From Leucobacter sp. UBA1945 (lineage in GTDB: Bacteria > Actinomycetota > Actinomycetes > Actinomycetales > Microbacteriaceae): 64,000 nucleotides of DNA. The position numbers and the translations under genes are program-made. The notes under the pieces are model-generated. The model saw nothing but the letters and a program-made list of their open reading frames with translations, was not told where the DNA came from and searched no databases. The DNA lies in contig DDEV01000116.1 of NCBI GenBank assembly GCA_002336855.1, positions 1,039 through 65,038 on the forward strand, read 5' to 3'. Below, one piece after another: positions 32,419 through 41,956 of the stretch (position 1 is the first letter of the stretch; the number at the start of each line of letters is the position of its first letter).

Positions 32419-32766
32419 TTACCAGTCGCGCTTCTCCTTGACCTTGGCCTTCTTGCCAGTGAGACCGCGCAGGTAGTACAGCTTCGCACGGCGAACGTCA
32501 CCGCGGCTGACAACCTCGATCTTGTCGATCGCCGGCGAGTGGACGGGGAACTTACGCTCAACACCGACCTGGAAGCTGATCTTGCGAACCGTGAAGGTCT
32601 CGCGAACGCCGTCGCCGTGGCGCGAGATGACGATGCCCTGGAACACCTGCACACGCGAGCGGTTGCCCTCGATGATGTTCACGTGCACCTTGACGGTGTC
32701 GCCTGCGCGGAACTCGGGAATGTCGCTCTTGAGCGACGCTGCATCGACGTGGTCGAGCTTCTGCAT
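32419..32766 (-). CDS. rplS: 50S ribosomal protein L19
   Basis: [22 protein letters not shown]. Confidence 0.98.
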   Translation of the reverse strand: MQKLDHVDAASLKSDIPEFRAGDTVKVHVNIIEGNRSRVQVFQGIVISRHGDGVRETFTVRKISFQVGVERKFPVHSPAIDKIEVVSRGDVRRAKLYYLRGLTGKKAKVKEKRDW

Positions 32767-32769
32767 GAT

Positions 32770-32880
32770 TGTCTCTCTCTGCGCCCGCCGCAAGTCGGTT
32801 CGCAAATCTCACTGTATGAAAAGAAATTGGTGTTCACGGTCTGTGCGGACCCTCGCGGCAGTAACGCACCGTGGCACAAA
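32770..32880 (-). promoter_or_regulatory. Structured rplS 5' leader (candidate r-leader/pseudoknot)
   Basis: Two overlapping pairings (see findings); TGGCATAAT extended -10 just upstream. Confidence 0.5.
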
Positions 32881-32949
32881 GATCTATTATGCCACAGAGT
32901 CAGACAACTTTCACACCGGCTGAGCGCACGGCCCGCCTAGTTGAGCCGC

Positions 32950-33213
32950 CTAGTCACATGAGAACGACCACATGACCCCGAACCGGTCGAAGATCTGGCC
33001 GTACCAGCCACCCCACGGCGCCTGCTCGAAGGGCATTCCCGCCGAGCCGCCGCCGGCCTCGAGCTTCGCGATGAGCTCTCTCGCTTCTTCTGGCGTGTCG
33101 GTCGTGTAGAGAAACGAGTAGGCGCTGCCGAGCAAGTTCTAGTCGTTGCCGTCTCCCATCGCGTCGCCCACTGCGCCAGGCCGAGCAATGTATGTTGCGA
33201 GTGATGCGGCCAT
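32950..33213 (-). pseudogene. VOC/PhnB-family pseudogene
   Basis: MAASLATYIARPGAVGDAMGDGND*NLLGSAYSFL...PWGGWYGQIFDRFGVMW: in-frame TAG at 33141-33139 and apparent internal deletion. Confidence 0.8.
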
Positions 33214-33274
33214 GATCGAATTCCGTCGTGCGAACTACGCCCGCGCGAACCGTCTCGCACGACCAGTTCGCGGT

Positions 33275-33970
33275 CTACTCTCCGAGCAGGTCTGGCCGCA
33301 CTCTTCGAGTGCGCTCGATCGACTGCTCGCGGCGCCACTTCGCGATGGCCGCGTGGTTGCCGCTGAGCAGCACTGAAGGCACCTCACGCCCACGCCACAC
33401 CGCAGGCTTCGTGTAGCTCGGGTACTCGAGCAGGCCGTCTTCGTGCGACTCTTCGACGAGGCTCTCGGGGTTACCGACGACGCCAGGCAGCAGCCTCGCA
33501 ATTGCCTCGATCATCGCGAGCGTGGCGACCTCGCCACCGTTGAGCACGTAGTCGCCGAGGCTCACGAGCTTCAGCCTGCCGCGCTCTGCGTACTCGTCGA
33601 AGATGCGCTGATCCGGGCCCTCGTACCGACCGCAGCCGAAGATCAGCTGCTGCTCCCCCGCGAGCTCACGGGCCATGCGCTGAGTGAACACCTCGCCCGC
33701 CGGCGAGGGAAAGATGATCAGTGGCTCATCTGCGGCATCATCTTCGGCAAGGATGCCGTCGAGCATCTCACCCCAAGGCTCGGGCTTCATCACCATGCCG
33801 GCGCCTCCGCCGGCGGGCGTGTCGTCTACCGTGCGGTGCTTGTCGCGAGCCGCATCGCGCAGGTCGTGCACCCGCAGATCGAGCAGGCCACGATCCTTTG
33901 CCTTGCCAAGCAACGAGAGCTCGAGCGTGTCGAAGTAGGCGGGAAAGATGCTGACGATATCGATGCGCAT
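33275..33970 (-). CDS. trmD: tRNA (guanine37-N1)-methyltransferase
   Basis: [35 protein letters not shown]. Confidence 0.97.
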   Translation of the reverse strand: MRIDIVSIFPAYFDTLELSLLGKAKDRGLLDLRVHDLRDAARDKHRTVDDTPAGGGAGMVMKPEPWGEMLDGILAEDDAADEPLIIFPSPAGEVFTQRMARELAGEQQLIFGCGRYEGPDQRIFDEYAERGRLKLVSLGDYVLNGGEVATLAMIEAIARLLPGVVGNPESLVEESHEDGLLEYPSYTKPAVWRGREVPSVLLSGNHAAIAKWRREQSIERTRRVRPDLLGE

Positions 33971-33976
33971 GAGAAA

Positions 33977-34585
33977 CTACTCGTTCTCGTCAAGCACAGC
34001 GGGATCGGTTTCTGGCAGCTCTTCGAAGAGCCCGGCAGGCGGGGTAACCGACACCACGCCCGCGTCGAGGTCGACGCTCGGCACGATCGACTCAACAAAC
34101 GGCACCAGCACGGTGCCGCTTGCGGTCTTGACCGCGAGCAGGTCTTGCGCCGGAAAGTGCTGCACTTCGCTGACAGTACCGAGCAGCTCGCCCTCTCGGC
34201 GCACCTCGAGCCCGACGAGTTGGTGGTCGTACCAGGCATTGTCTTCGACGCTCTGCTCGACCGTTGCAGCGTCGATCCAAAGGATCGCGCGCACGATGCT
34301 CTCGGCAGCCGTGCGATCGGCGACCTCGGCGAAGAACGCCACTGGCATGCTGTTGAACCAGCGCAGTTCGCGCACGGTCAGCGTGCGCCCGAACCACTGC
34401 GAGTCTTCAGGCACCTGCAGGTGCAGCACCGAGTTCGGGGCGAAGCGCTCGTCAGGGTTATCGGTGAAGAGCTCGACCTTTAAGCCGCCCTTCAGGCCGT
34501 GGGGTTTCGTGAGTCGCCCAACGCGCAAGCTCCCCTCGCCCAGAACGGGGAGGGGAGCCTTGACGCGGGTCGGCTTCTCAGCCAT
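33977..34585 (-). CDS. rimM: Ribosome maturation factor RimM
   Basis: KPHGLKG, YDHQLVGL, LVPFVESIVP; synteny. Confidence 0.95.
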   Translation of the reverse strand: MAEKPTRVKAPLPVLGEGSLRVGRLTKPHGLKGGLKVELFTDNPDERFAPNSVLHLQVPEDSQWFGRTLTVRELRWFNSMPVAFFAEVADRTAAESIVRAILWIDAATVEQSVEDNAWYDHQLVGLEVRREGELLGTVSEVQHFPAQDLLAVKTASGTVLVPFVESIVPSVDLDAGVVSVTPPAGLFEELPETDPAVLDENE

Positions 34586-34842
34586 TAAGCCTCGGCCTCT
34601 GCGTCGGTGTCGACGACGTCGATGCGAACCCGACGCCCGTCGCTGAGAGCTGCGATCACAGTGCGCAGCGACTGCGCGGTGCGACCGCCCCGGCCGATGA
34701 CACGGCCGAGATCGCTCGGGTCGACGCGCACCTCGAGAAGCTCGCCCCTCGAAGTCTCGCGGCCCGTGACGCGCACCTCATCTGGCAGGGTCGCAATGCC
34801 CTTCACCAGGTGCTCGAGCACCTCAGCGAGCGAGACGGCCAT
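34585..34842 (-). CDS. khpA: KH-domain RNA-binding protein KhpA
   Basis: DLGRVIGRGGRTA; between rpsP and rimM. Confidence 0.92.
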   Translation of the reverse strand: MAVSLAEVLEHLVKGIATLPDEVRVTGRETSRGELLEVRVDPSDLGRVIGRGGRTAQSLRTVIAALSDGRRVRIDVVDTDAEAEA

Positions 34843-34844
34843 GC

Positions 34845-35282
34845 TTAGGCCTCGGTCTCGGTTGCTGCCTCTTCAGCAGCCTCAGCCGGTGCCTCTTCAG
34901 CGGGAGCCTCGGCAGGAGCCTCAGCGGGCTTCTCGCTCTTGGGGCGCAGCACTGGCTTCTTCTTGGTGTCTGCCTCGAAGACGGCCTTTGCCTCGGGAGC
35001 CTGCACGCGCGACTCGGTCTCGCCCTCGCCCTTGAACTTGCCCCAGTCGCCGGTCAGCTTGAGGATGGCAGCAACCTGCTCGGTGGGCTGTGCGCCCACG
35101 CTCAGCCAGTACTGCGCACGATCGCTCTTGACCTCGATGAACGAGGGGTTCTCGGTCGGGTGGTACTTGCCGATCTCTTCGATCACGCGACCGTCGCGCT
35201 TGGTGCGCGAGTCGGCGACGACGATGCGGTAGTAGGGTGCCCGGATCTTGCCGAGGCGCTTCAGACGAATCTTGACAGCCAT
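34845..35282 (-). CDS. rpsP: 30S ribosomal protein S16
   Basis: [12 protein letters not shown]...[12 protein letters not shown]; AAGGAG RBS. Confidence 0.98.
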   Translation of the reverse strand: MAVKIRLKRLGKIRAPYYRIVVADSRTKRDGRVIEEIGKYHPTENPSFIEVKSDRAQYWLSVGAQPTEQVAAILKLTGDWGKFKGEGETESRVQAPEAKAVFEADTKKKPVLRPKSEKPAEAPAEAPAEEAPAEAAEEAATETEA

Positions 35283-35415
35283 GATGCTCCTTGTATAAAC
35301 GTGACGCCGCACCGGTGGGCGCGGAAGCCTGACGCGCGCATGCGCGAACGATCTATCTTCGCACGCCGCGAGGCGATTTGCAAACTTTGTTGCGACCAGG
35401 GGTTTTGTTGATCGG

Positions 35416-36954
35416 CTATGCCCGCATCTGCTCTGCCATCCAGCGTTCGAGCCCCTCGGCGTCGATCGGCAGGGCATCAGAGATGACCTCAATGCCGGTT
35501 TCGGTAACGACAAGATCGTCTTCGATGCGCACACCGATGCCCCGCAGCTCTGGGGGTACGGTCTCGTCCCAAGCGTGAAAGTAGAGCCCCGGTTCAACCG
35601 TCAGCGCCATGCCCGTCTGCACCGTGCCGCCGAGGTAGGTCTCGTAGCGCGACGAGTCGCAGTCGTGCACGTCGAGGCCCAGGTGGTGGCCCACGCCGCA
35701 CACGATGTAGCGGCGGTGGTGCTGGCCGCCCTCCGAGAGCGCTTCGTCGACCGAGACCGGCAGCATGCCCCAGTCGTGCAGGCCCTCGGCGAGCACCTCC
35801 ATGCACGCGGCGTGAAAGTCTGCCCAGAGGCGCCCCGGTTGCACGGCCGCAAGCCCCGCGCGGTGCGACTTCTCGACGAGGTCATGCACCTGGCGCTGCG
35901 CCGGAGAGAAGGTACCGCTGGCCGGAATCGTGCGTGTCACGTCGGCCGTGTAGCCGCTGCGCATCTCGATGCCCATGTCGAGCAGCAGCAGCTCTTCGGG
36001 GTGCACCTCGCCGTCGGCGCGCACCCAGTGCAGAATCGGTGCGTGAGCGCCAGACCCCACGATGGTCGCGTATCCGGGCGCCTGCCCAACCGTGCGCGCG
36101 TGCCTGTCGAAGGTGCCCTGCAGCCAGCGCTCACCGCCCGTTTCGATCGCGCGCGGGATCTCGCGGCGCACTTGCGCGAAGCCATCGATCGTGGCGAGGT
36201 TCGCACTGCGCAGCTGCTCGATCTCCCACGCATCTTTGATCTGACGCAGCTCTGAAAGCACGCGGGCGAGCTTCGGCGCCCGAGGCTTGCCGTCGAGCGC
36301 CGCGCCCGATCCCTTTGCGACGACTGCCGCGCCCGCGATGAGCGCATCGTCTGCGATCTGCAACTCACCGATCACCCGGGTGCGCACGCCGAGCGCCGCC
36401 TCGACCTCGGCGGTTCCGGCGAGCGGGCCCACCCAGAGTTCACCATGGTTGGCATCGGCATGGAACGCGGGATCACCGGGCCTGGCGGGCGGGGTCACGT
36501 ACAGGGTGGAGTCGTGCGCCCCGTCGCTCCCCTGCCCCGCGGCGACGGGCCGCATGACGAGCACCGCGTCTTCGATACCGTGGCCCACAAGCCACAGAAA
36601 GTCGCTGTCGGCACGAAACTCGAAGAAGTTGTCGTTCACTCGAAGCTGCGAGCGCCCCGCAGCGATCACGAGAGTCTCGCCCGCAAACTCGGCCGAGAGC
36701 CTCGCCCGGTGAGCCGCAGTGGCTGCTGCAGCCCCCGCCTCCACTCGAAGCTCGCGCGAGGCGTCGCCCCAGCCGTGCTTCATGTACTCGTTGAAACCGG
36801 GTGACGCGCTGAGCAGCGGCATGCGCGGATCGCGCCTCGTCGCACGTGACTTCGCCATGCCCGACTCCCAGTCGAGCACCCGAATCTGCTTGGCGAGGCC
36901 CGTGAGCTCGTGCCCGTGATCGCTGCCGTGGTTCGCGGTGTGCGCGTGAGTCAA
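35416..36954 (-). CDS. pepP: Xaa-Pro aminopeptidase (M24B)
   Basis: [37 protein letters not shown]. Confidence 0.9.
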   Translation of the reverse strand: MTHAHTANHGSDHGHELTGLAKQIRVLDWESGMAKSRATRRDPRMPLLSASPGFNEYMKHGWGDASRELRVEAGAAAATAAHRARLSAEFAGETLVIAAGRSQLRVNDNFFEFRADSDFLWLVGHGIEDAVLVMRPVAAGQGSDGAHDSTLYVTPPARPGDPAFHADANHGELWVGPLAGTAEVEAALGVRTRVIGELQIADDALIAGAAVVAKGSGAALDGKPRAPKLARVLSELRQIKDAWEIEQLRSANLATIDGFAQVRREIPRAIETGGERWLQGTFDRHARTVGQAPGYATIVGSGAHAPILHWVRADGEVHPEELLLLDMGIEMRSGYTADVTRTIPASGTFSPAQRQVHDLVEKSHRAGLAAVQPGRLWADFHAACMEVLAEGLHDWGMLPVSVDEALSEGGQHHRRYIVCGVGHHLGLDVHDCDSSRYETYLGGTVQTGMALTVEPGLYFHAWDETVPPELRGIGVRIEDDLVVTETGIEVISDALPIDAEGLERWMAEQMRA

Positions 36955-38255
36955 TTACGTACCTCTCTGGTGCTTCTTGTGCCGCCGATCCTCGCTTCGA
37001 GCGCGGTGAACAAGCGCTCTGCGACGTCGCCAAGGCGCAGGCCATCGTGCTCGAACTCGTTCGTCACCCAGGCATGCATGCCGGCGATCCTCGAAGCCGT
37101 GTCGAGCGAGAGCTGCGCGTCGACGTACATGTCGTCGAAGTACACGGCAGCCTCCACGGGCACCTGGTTCACCGCCAGCTGTTCGATGTCGTAGGTGTCG
37201 ATCGGCTGCTCGTGCTCGGCAAGGTGCTTTGTGGCAGCCTCGTAGCTGCGAAGACTCGAGATCTCTTCGAACATCCACGGAAACACCGTCTCGCCGGTGA
37301 AGTTCAAAGGCCTCGCGGTCTCGGCGAACTCGGGGCGGCGATCGCGTTCGGCCTGCGCCGCCCACGCGCTGGGGCCGGGCCCGTAGATGGCCTCCTGCAG
37401 CGCGATGAACAGCGGGTTCGTCGCAAACGAGGTCTCTGCTTCTACAGTGGCGAGAAACACGTCGCTGAGCACGGTCTCTTCGGCGTCAGCGAATGCCTCG
37501 TCGAACAGCCAGTGCACGCGGTCGAAGCCCGGCTGCATGCCAAAATCAAGCCCGAGCGTCTGCAACCGGCGCACCGTGAGACGGTCACCACCGGGCAGGC
37601 GCACGTCTTGCGCCTCGAGCAGATCGGCGACCCTGTCGATGCGCGCCACGAGATGCGGGTGGCGGGCACGGAAGATGCGGTTCTTCTCGGCGATGCGCGG
37701 GAAGGTACGCGCATACACTTCGGCGGGGTCGGGGTGAATGCCCGGGATCCCGCCGGTGATCGCCGAAGCCACGACCGACTCAGGAAAGTGCGAGAGGTAC
37801 TGCAGCGTCAAGAATCCGCCATAGCTCTGACCGAGCGTCCACCACTGGCGACCCGCGAAGTGCTGCTCGCGCAGCGCCTCGAAGTCGCGCACGATCGAGT
37901 CGGCGCGGTGCAGCGCGAGGTGCCTGGCGCCCTGCTCAGCCGACATTTGCGCGAAGTGCTCGGCGCGCACCGGGGTCGAACGCCCGGTGCCGCGCTGGTC
38001 GGGCAGGATCACCCGGAATCGCTTGACCGCGCTCGCGATCCAGCCCTCGCGCTCGAGTGGACGGGGCGATTTGCCGCCCGGGCCACCCTGCAAAAACACG
38101 ATCAGTGGCAGATCCTCACCCTGCTTCGCAGCGTCGATCACCTCGCGCGCGAAGACACGAATCTTTTCGCCCGCGGGATCGTTCCAATCAAGCGGCACCT
38201 CGACCCACAGGTCGCGCGCCACCAAATGCATGCCAATCGGGTACCAGTCGCTCAT
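36951..38255 (-). CDS. pip: Proline iminopeptidase (S33 alpha/beta hydrolase)
   Basis: QGGPG, DQRGTGRS, RADSIVRD, GQSYGG, DDMYV, EHDGL. Confidence 0.9.
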   Translation of the reverse strand: MSDWYPIGMHLVARDLWVEVPLDWNDPAGEKIRVFAREVIDAAKQGEDLPLIVFLQGGPGGKSPRPLEREGWIASAVKRFRVILPDQRGTGRSTPVRAEHFAQMSAEQGARHLALHRADSIVRDFEALREQHFAGRQWWTLGQSYGGFLTLQYLSHFPESVVASAITGGIPGIHPDPAEVYARTFPRIAEKNRIFRARHPHLVARIDRVADLLEAQDVRLPGGDRLTVRRLQTLGLDFGMQPGFDRVHWLFDEAFADAEETVLSDVFLATVEAETSFATNPLFIALQEAIYGPGPSAWAAQAERDRRPEFAETARPLNFTGETVFPWMFEEISSLRSYEAATKHLAEHEQPIDTYDIEQLAVNQVPVEAAVYFDDMYVDAQLSLDTASRIAGMHAWVTNEFEHDGLRLGDVAERLFTALEARIGGTRSTREVRN

Positions 38256-39217
38256 CGGCGGGCAGTCCTTACTCTCGAATCCAACAGGGCGTACAGCATG
38301 TCGACGATCAGGTTCGACACGACGACGAAAAGGCCGCCGAGCAAGACGATCGCGATGACCACGGGGCGGTCCTGCATCGCCACACTCGTCACTGCGAGCG
38401 AACCGATGCCGGGCAGGCCGAAGACCTGCTCGATCACGATGACCCCGCCGAGCAGCATACCGATGTCAATGCCGAGCTGCGTGACAAGCGGCGGCATGGC
38501 GCTGCGGAACGCATGCACGTAGGTGACTCGACGCTCGGTGATGCCCTTCGCCCTGGCGGTGCGAATGTAATCTTGGCCGAGCACCTCGAGCATCTGACCT
38601 CTCGTGAGTCGGGCGTAGACCGCTGCGATCACGAGCGCGAGCGTGAGCCACGGCAGCACGAGGTGCCACGCCCACTGCAACACGCCCTGGCCGGCTGGCA
38701 CGTACCCCGATGCAGGGAACAATGTCAGCCCCATGCGCGTCGGAATGAAGTAGAGCGTGTAGAGCGCGATCATGCCGAGCACGAACGTCGGAAAGCTGAT
38801 GCCGACGATCGCGAAGCTCTGCCCGAGGCGGTCTCGCACGCTGCCCGGGTTCTTGGCCGAGGCGATGCCGATGGGAATGCCGATCGCGAGCCACAGCACC
38901 ACCGCGCCGAAAACGAGCGACATGGTCACGGGAATGCGGTTCACGATCAGATCACCGACAGGCAGGTTCGTGCGGTATGAGAACCCGAGATCACCCTGCA
39001 GCAGGTTGCCAAGGAACATGAAGTACTGCTGAATCATCGGCTTGTCGAGCCCGAGATTCACTCGGATCTGCGCCATCAGTGCCTCAGTCGCCTTGTCACC
39101 GGCGATGATGCGCGCGGGATCAGACGGCGATACGTAGAACAGCACGAACACGAAGATGCTGAGCATCAGGAGCACGAGCGCGCCGAAGGCGAGTCGTGAC
39201 AGGAAGAAGCGGATCAT
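38252..39217 (-). CDS. Peptide ABC permease (DppB/OppB type)
   Basis: DYIRTARAKG EAA loop, IEQVFGLPGIG. Confidence 0.92.
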   Translation of the reverse strand: MIRFFLSRLAFGALVLLMLSIFVFVLFYVSPSDPARIIAGDKATEALMAQIRVNLGLDKPMIQQYFMFLGNLLQGDLGFSYRTNLPVGDLIVNRIPVTMSLVFGAVVLWLAIGIPIGIASAKNPGSVRDRLGQSFAIVGISFPTFVLGMIALYTLYFIPTRMGLTLFPASGYVPAGQGVLQWAWHLVLPWLTLALVIAAVYARLTRGQMLEVLGQDYIRTARAKGITERRVTYVHAFRSAMPPLVTQLGIDIGMLLGGVIVIEQVFGLPGIGSLAVTSVAMQDRPVVIAIVLLGGLFVVVSNLIVDMLYALLDSRVRTARR

Positions 39218-40179
39218 GCTTTCGCCCCCTTCGTCGAGGTCGGATCAAGTGCGTCGCGCAGGCCGTCTCCGAGCAGGTTGAATGCGAGTGTGAGCGCGAG
39301 CAGGGCGAGGCCGGGCACGAGCACCATCCACGGCGCGACGAGATACATCGAACCGTTCGCGGCGTCGGCGAGCATGTTGCCCCAGCTCGGGGTGGGTGGC
39401 ACGATACCGAGCCCGAGGAACGAGAGCGTTGCCTCGAACACGATGGCCGCCGGGATCATGAGGGTGGTGTAGACAATGATCGGCACGACGAGGTTCGGCA
39501 TCACGTCTCGGAACATCATCGACCAGCGGGACTCGCCGAGCGATCTCGCAGCCTCGATGAACTCGCGTTCTCGAATGGCGAGCACCTGACCGCGGATCAC
39601 ACGGGCGAGGCTTGCCCAGCTGAAGAACACGATCACCGCAATCGAGAGGCCGAGGCTCGAGCCGAGCACGGAGACGAGCGCAATCGCGACGAGCAAAAAC
39701 GGCACGCTCATGACGAGGTCGATGATGCGGCTGAGCACGGTGTCGACGACCCCGCCGAAGAAGCCCGCGATCGTACCGACGATCACGCCGATTGCCGAGG
39801 CGATCAGCGACGCCATCACGCCAACGAGCAGCGAGACCCTTGCGCCGTAGGCGAGGCGCACGAACACGTCGCGGCCGAGTTGATCGGTGCCGAGCAGAAA
39901 CTCTGCGTTCGGCCCGACGGGGATGCCCGCCGATGAGAGCCCCGTCTCACGAAACTGCTCGGTCGGGCCGTGCCCGACCCACTGCGCGACCAGCGGGGCG
40001 CAGACCGCGAAGAGCACGGCAAGCACGATCACGGCTGCCGAACCCACGCTTGCCGGGTCGCGCACAAGCCGTCTCATGGTCAGTTGCCACGAGGTGCGGG
40101 CCTTGATCTGCGCCGCCTGCTTCGCCGCTTGCCCGGGCGTGAGAATTCTGGTGGTTTTCAGCGGAAGCTTGACGTTCAC
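39214..40179 (-). CDS. Peptide ABC permease (DppC/OppC type)
   Basis: LGTDQLGRD, EFIEAARSLG, LSFLGLG, GDGLRDALDP; GTG start. Confidence 0.92.
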   Translation of the reverse strand: MNVKLPLKTTRILTPGQAAKQAAQIKARTSWQLTMRRLVRDPASVGSAAVIVLAVLFAVCAPLVAQWVGHGPTEQFRETGLSSAGIPVGPNAEFLLGTDQLGRDVFVRLAYGARVSLLVGVMASLIASAIGVIVGTIAGFFGGVVDTVLSRIIDLVMSVPFLLVAIALVSVLGSSLGLSIAVIVFFSWASLARVIRGQVLAIREREFIEAARSLGESRWSMMFRDVMPNLVVPIIVYTTLMIPAAIVFEATLSFLGLGIVPPTPSWGNMLADAANGSMYLVAPWMVLVPGLALLALTLAFNLLGDGLRDALDPTSTKGAKA

Positions 40180-41873
40180 AGCGATGCCTCCTCTGCGGCC
40201 ATCTGGGCGACAATGTCTGCCGCGCCCGCACCTTCTCTGTGTGGCAGATCGAGGTAGGCGGCGGCGAGCAACTTCTTCGTAAAGGGCTGCTGCGGGTTGG
40301 TGTACATCGATTCCGGATCGCCGAGTTCGATGATTCGGCCCCCCTCCATCACCGCGATGCGGTCGCACATGTGACGCACCACTGCGAGGTCGTGCGAGAT
40401 GAAGAGGTAGGTCAGGCCGAGGTCGCGCTGCAGATCGTCGAGCAGACTGAGCACTTGAGCCTGCACCGTCACGTCGAGCGCAGAGACCGGCTCGTCAAGA
40501 ATCACGAGCTCGGGCTTCAGCGCGATCGCCCTGGCGATGCCAATGCGCTGCCGCTGCCCCCCCGAGAACTGCGAGGGAAACCTGTTGTAGTGCTCTGGGT
40601 TGAGCCCCACCTGTTCGAGCAACTCCTGTACACGGCGCTGACGATCCTTGCCGCTGGCAACGCCATGAATTCGAAAAGGATCACCGATGATCGAGCCGAC
40701 TCGACGCTTGGGGTTGAGCGAACCGAAGGGGTCTTGAAAGACCACCTGCACCTTTTTGCGCTGCTCGCGCCATGCCTTGCCCTTCACCTCGGAAATATCG
40801 CGACCATCGAATATGACCTCGCCGCTCGAGGGCAAGATGAGACCGGCGATGGTGCGGGCGAGTGTGGTCTTGCCGCAACCGCTTTCGCCGACAAGGCCGA
40901 GGGTCTCGCCCCGCTTCACTTCGAGCGAGATATTGTCGAGCACCGTGCGCTCTTGGCCGCGCTTCTGCTTGAACGAGAGCGAGATGTCTCGCACCTCGAC
41001 GATGTGTTCGGCAGGCTGTGGCACGGCCGCGTGGTCGACAACGGGGTCTTCGGCGGCAGCCGCTTCCCTCGCAGCCTGTGCGCCGCGGGTGCCCTTGCTG
41101 AACGAAGACGACTCGATGAGGCTGATGGTGTAGGGATCCTGCGGGTTTGAGAACAGCTCGGCGCTCTCGCCGATCTCCATCTGGTTGCCCTGATACATGA
41201 CCATGACTCGGTCGGCTACACTCGCCATCACACCGAGATCGTGGCTGATCATCAACACGGTCGCCCCCATGTCGCGTTGCATCTCGGCGAGCAGATCGAG
41301 AATCTGAGCCTGCACGGTCGAGTCGAGAGCGGTGGTCGGCTCGTCGGCGATGATGAGGGCCGGGCCGAGTGAGAGGCTCATGGCGATCATGACGCGCTGG
41401 CGCATGCCGCCTGAAAACTGGTGCGGGTAGGCGTCGAAACGGGTCGCCGCATCGGGAATGTGGACCTTGGTGAGCAGCTCTATCGCGCGCGCCTTCGCTG
41501 CTTGCTTCGATACCTTTTCGTGAGCCTGGATCTGCTCGACGATCTGCCACCCGATCGTGTACTGCGGGTGCAAGCTCGAGAGGGGGTCTTGAAAGACCAT
41601 GCTGATTTCTTTGCCGCGCTTACGACGCAGCTGTTCGGCACCCAGGGTCAGCAGGTTCTCGCCGCGAAAACGCACCTCGCCCGACGTCTTCGCAGCTGGA
41701 ATTAGCCCCATCGCAGACTGCACGAGCACAGATTTGCCCGAACCGGATTCACCAACGATGCCGAAGAACTCCCCCTCTTGCACGTCAAACGAGACGTTCT
41801 TCACGGCATGTACGGGCCCGTCTTCGGTGGGAATATCGACCACCAGATCGCGCACCTCAAGAATCGACATCAA
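40176..41873 (-). CDS. Peptide ABC ATPase, fused double NBD (DppD-DppF)
   Basis: GESGSGKS and GESGCGKT; FSGGMRQR and FSGGQRQR. Confidence 0.94.
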   Translation of the reverse strand: MMSILEVRDLVVDIPTEDGPVHAVKNVSFDVQEGEFFGIVGESGSGKSVLVQSAMGLIPAAKTSGEVRFRGENLLTLGAEQLRRKRGKEISMVFQDPLSSLHPQYTIGWQIVEQIQAHEKVSKQAAKARAIELLTKVHIPDAATRFDAYPHQFSGGMRQRVMIAMSLSLGPALIIADEPTTALDSTVQAQILDLLAEMQRDMGATVLMISHDLGVMASVADRVMVMYQGNQMEIGESAELFSNPQDPYTISLIESSSFSKGTRGAQAAREAAAAEDPVVDHAAVPQPAEHIVEVRDISLSFKQKRGQERTVLDNISLEVKRGETLGLVGESGCGKTTLARTIAGLILPSSGEVIFDGRDISEVKGKAWREQRKKVQVVFQDPFGSLNPKRRVGSIIGDPFRIHGVASGKDRQRRVQELLEQVGLNPEHYNRFPSQFSGGQRQRIGIARAIALKPELVILDEPVSALDVTVQAQVLSLLDDLQRDLGLTYLFISHDLAVVRHMCDRIAVMEGGRIIELGDPESMYTNPQQPFTKKLLAAAYLDLPHREGAGAADIVAQMAAEEASL

Positions 41874-41910
41874 TCACTCCTCATCGAACTTCATACTCAC
41901 GAACGAGCGT

Positions 41911-41940
41911 TGGTGGCGGCACGAGCTCGTACCGCCACCA
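41911..41940. other. Intercistronic hairpin after the solute-binding gene
   Basis: TGGTGGCGG/CCGCCACCA 9-bp stem; typical mRNA-stabilising position. Confidence 0.6.
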
Positions 41941-41956
41941 CACCCGGGCAGTCTGG

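Noticed and set aside
33139-33141. In-frame TAG as a pyrrolysine or readthrough codon
   Set aside because: The gene also has a large deletion and no pyl genes are visible; pseudogene is the simpler explanation.
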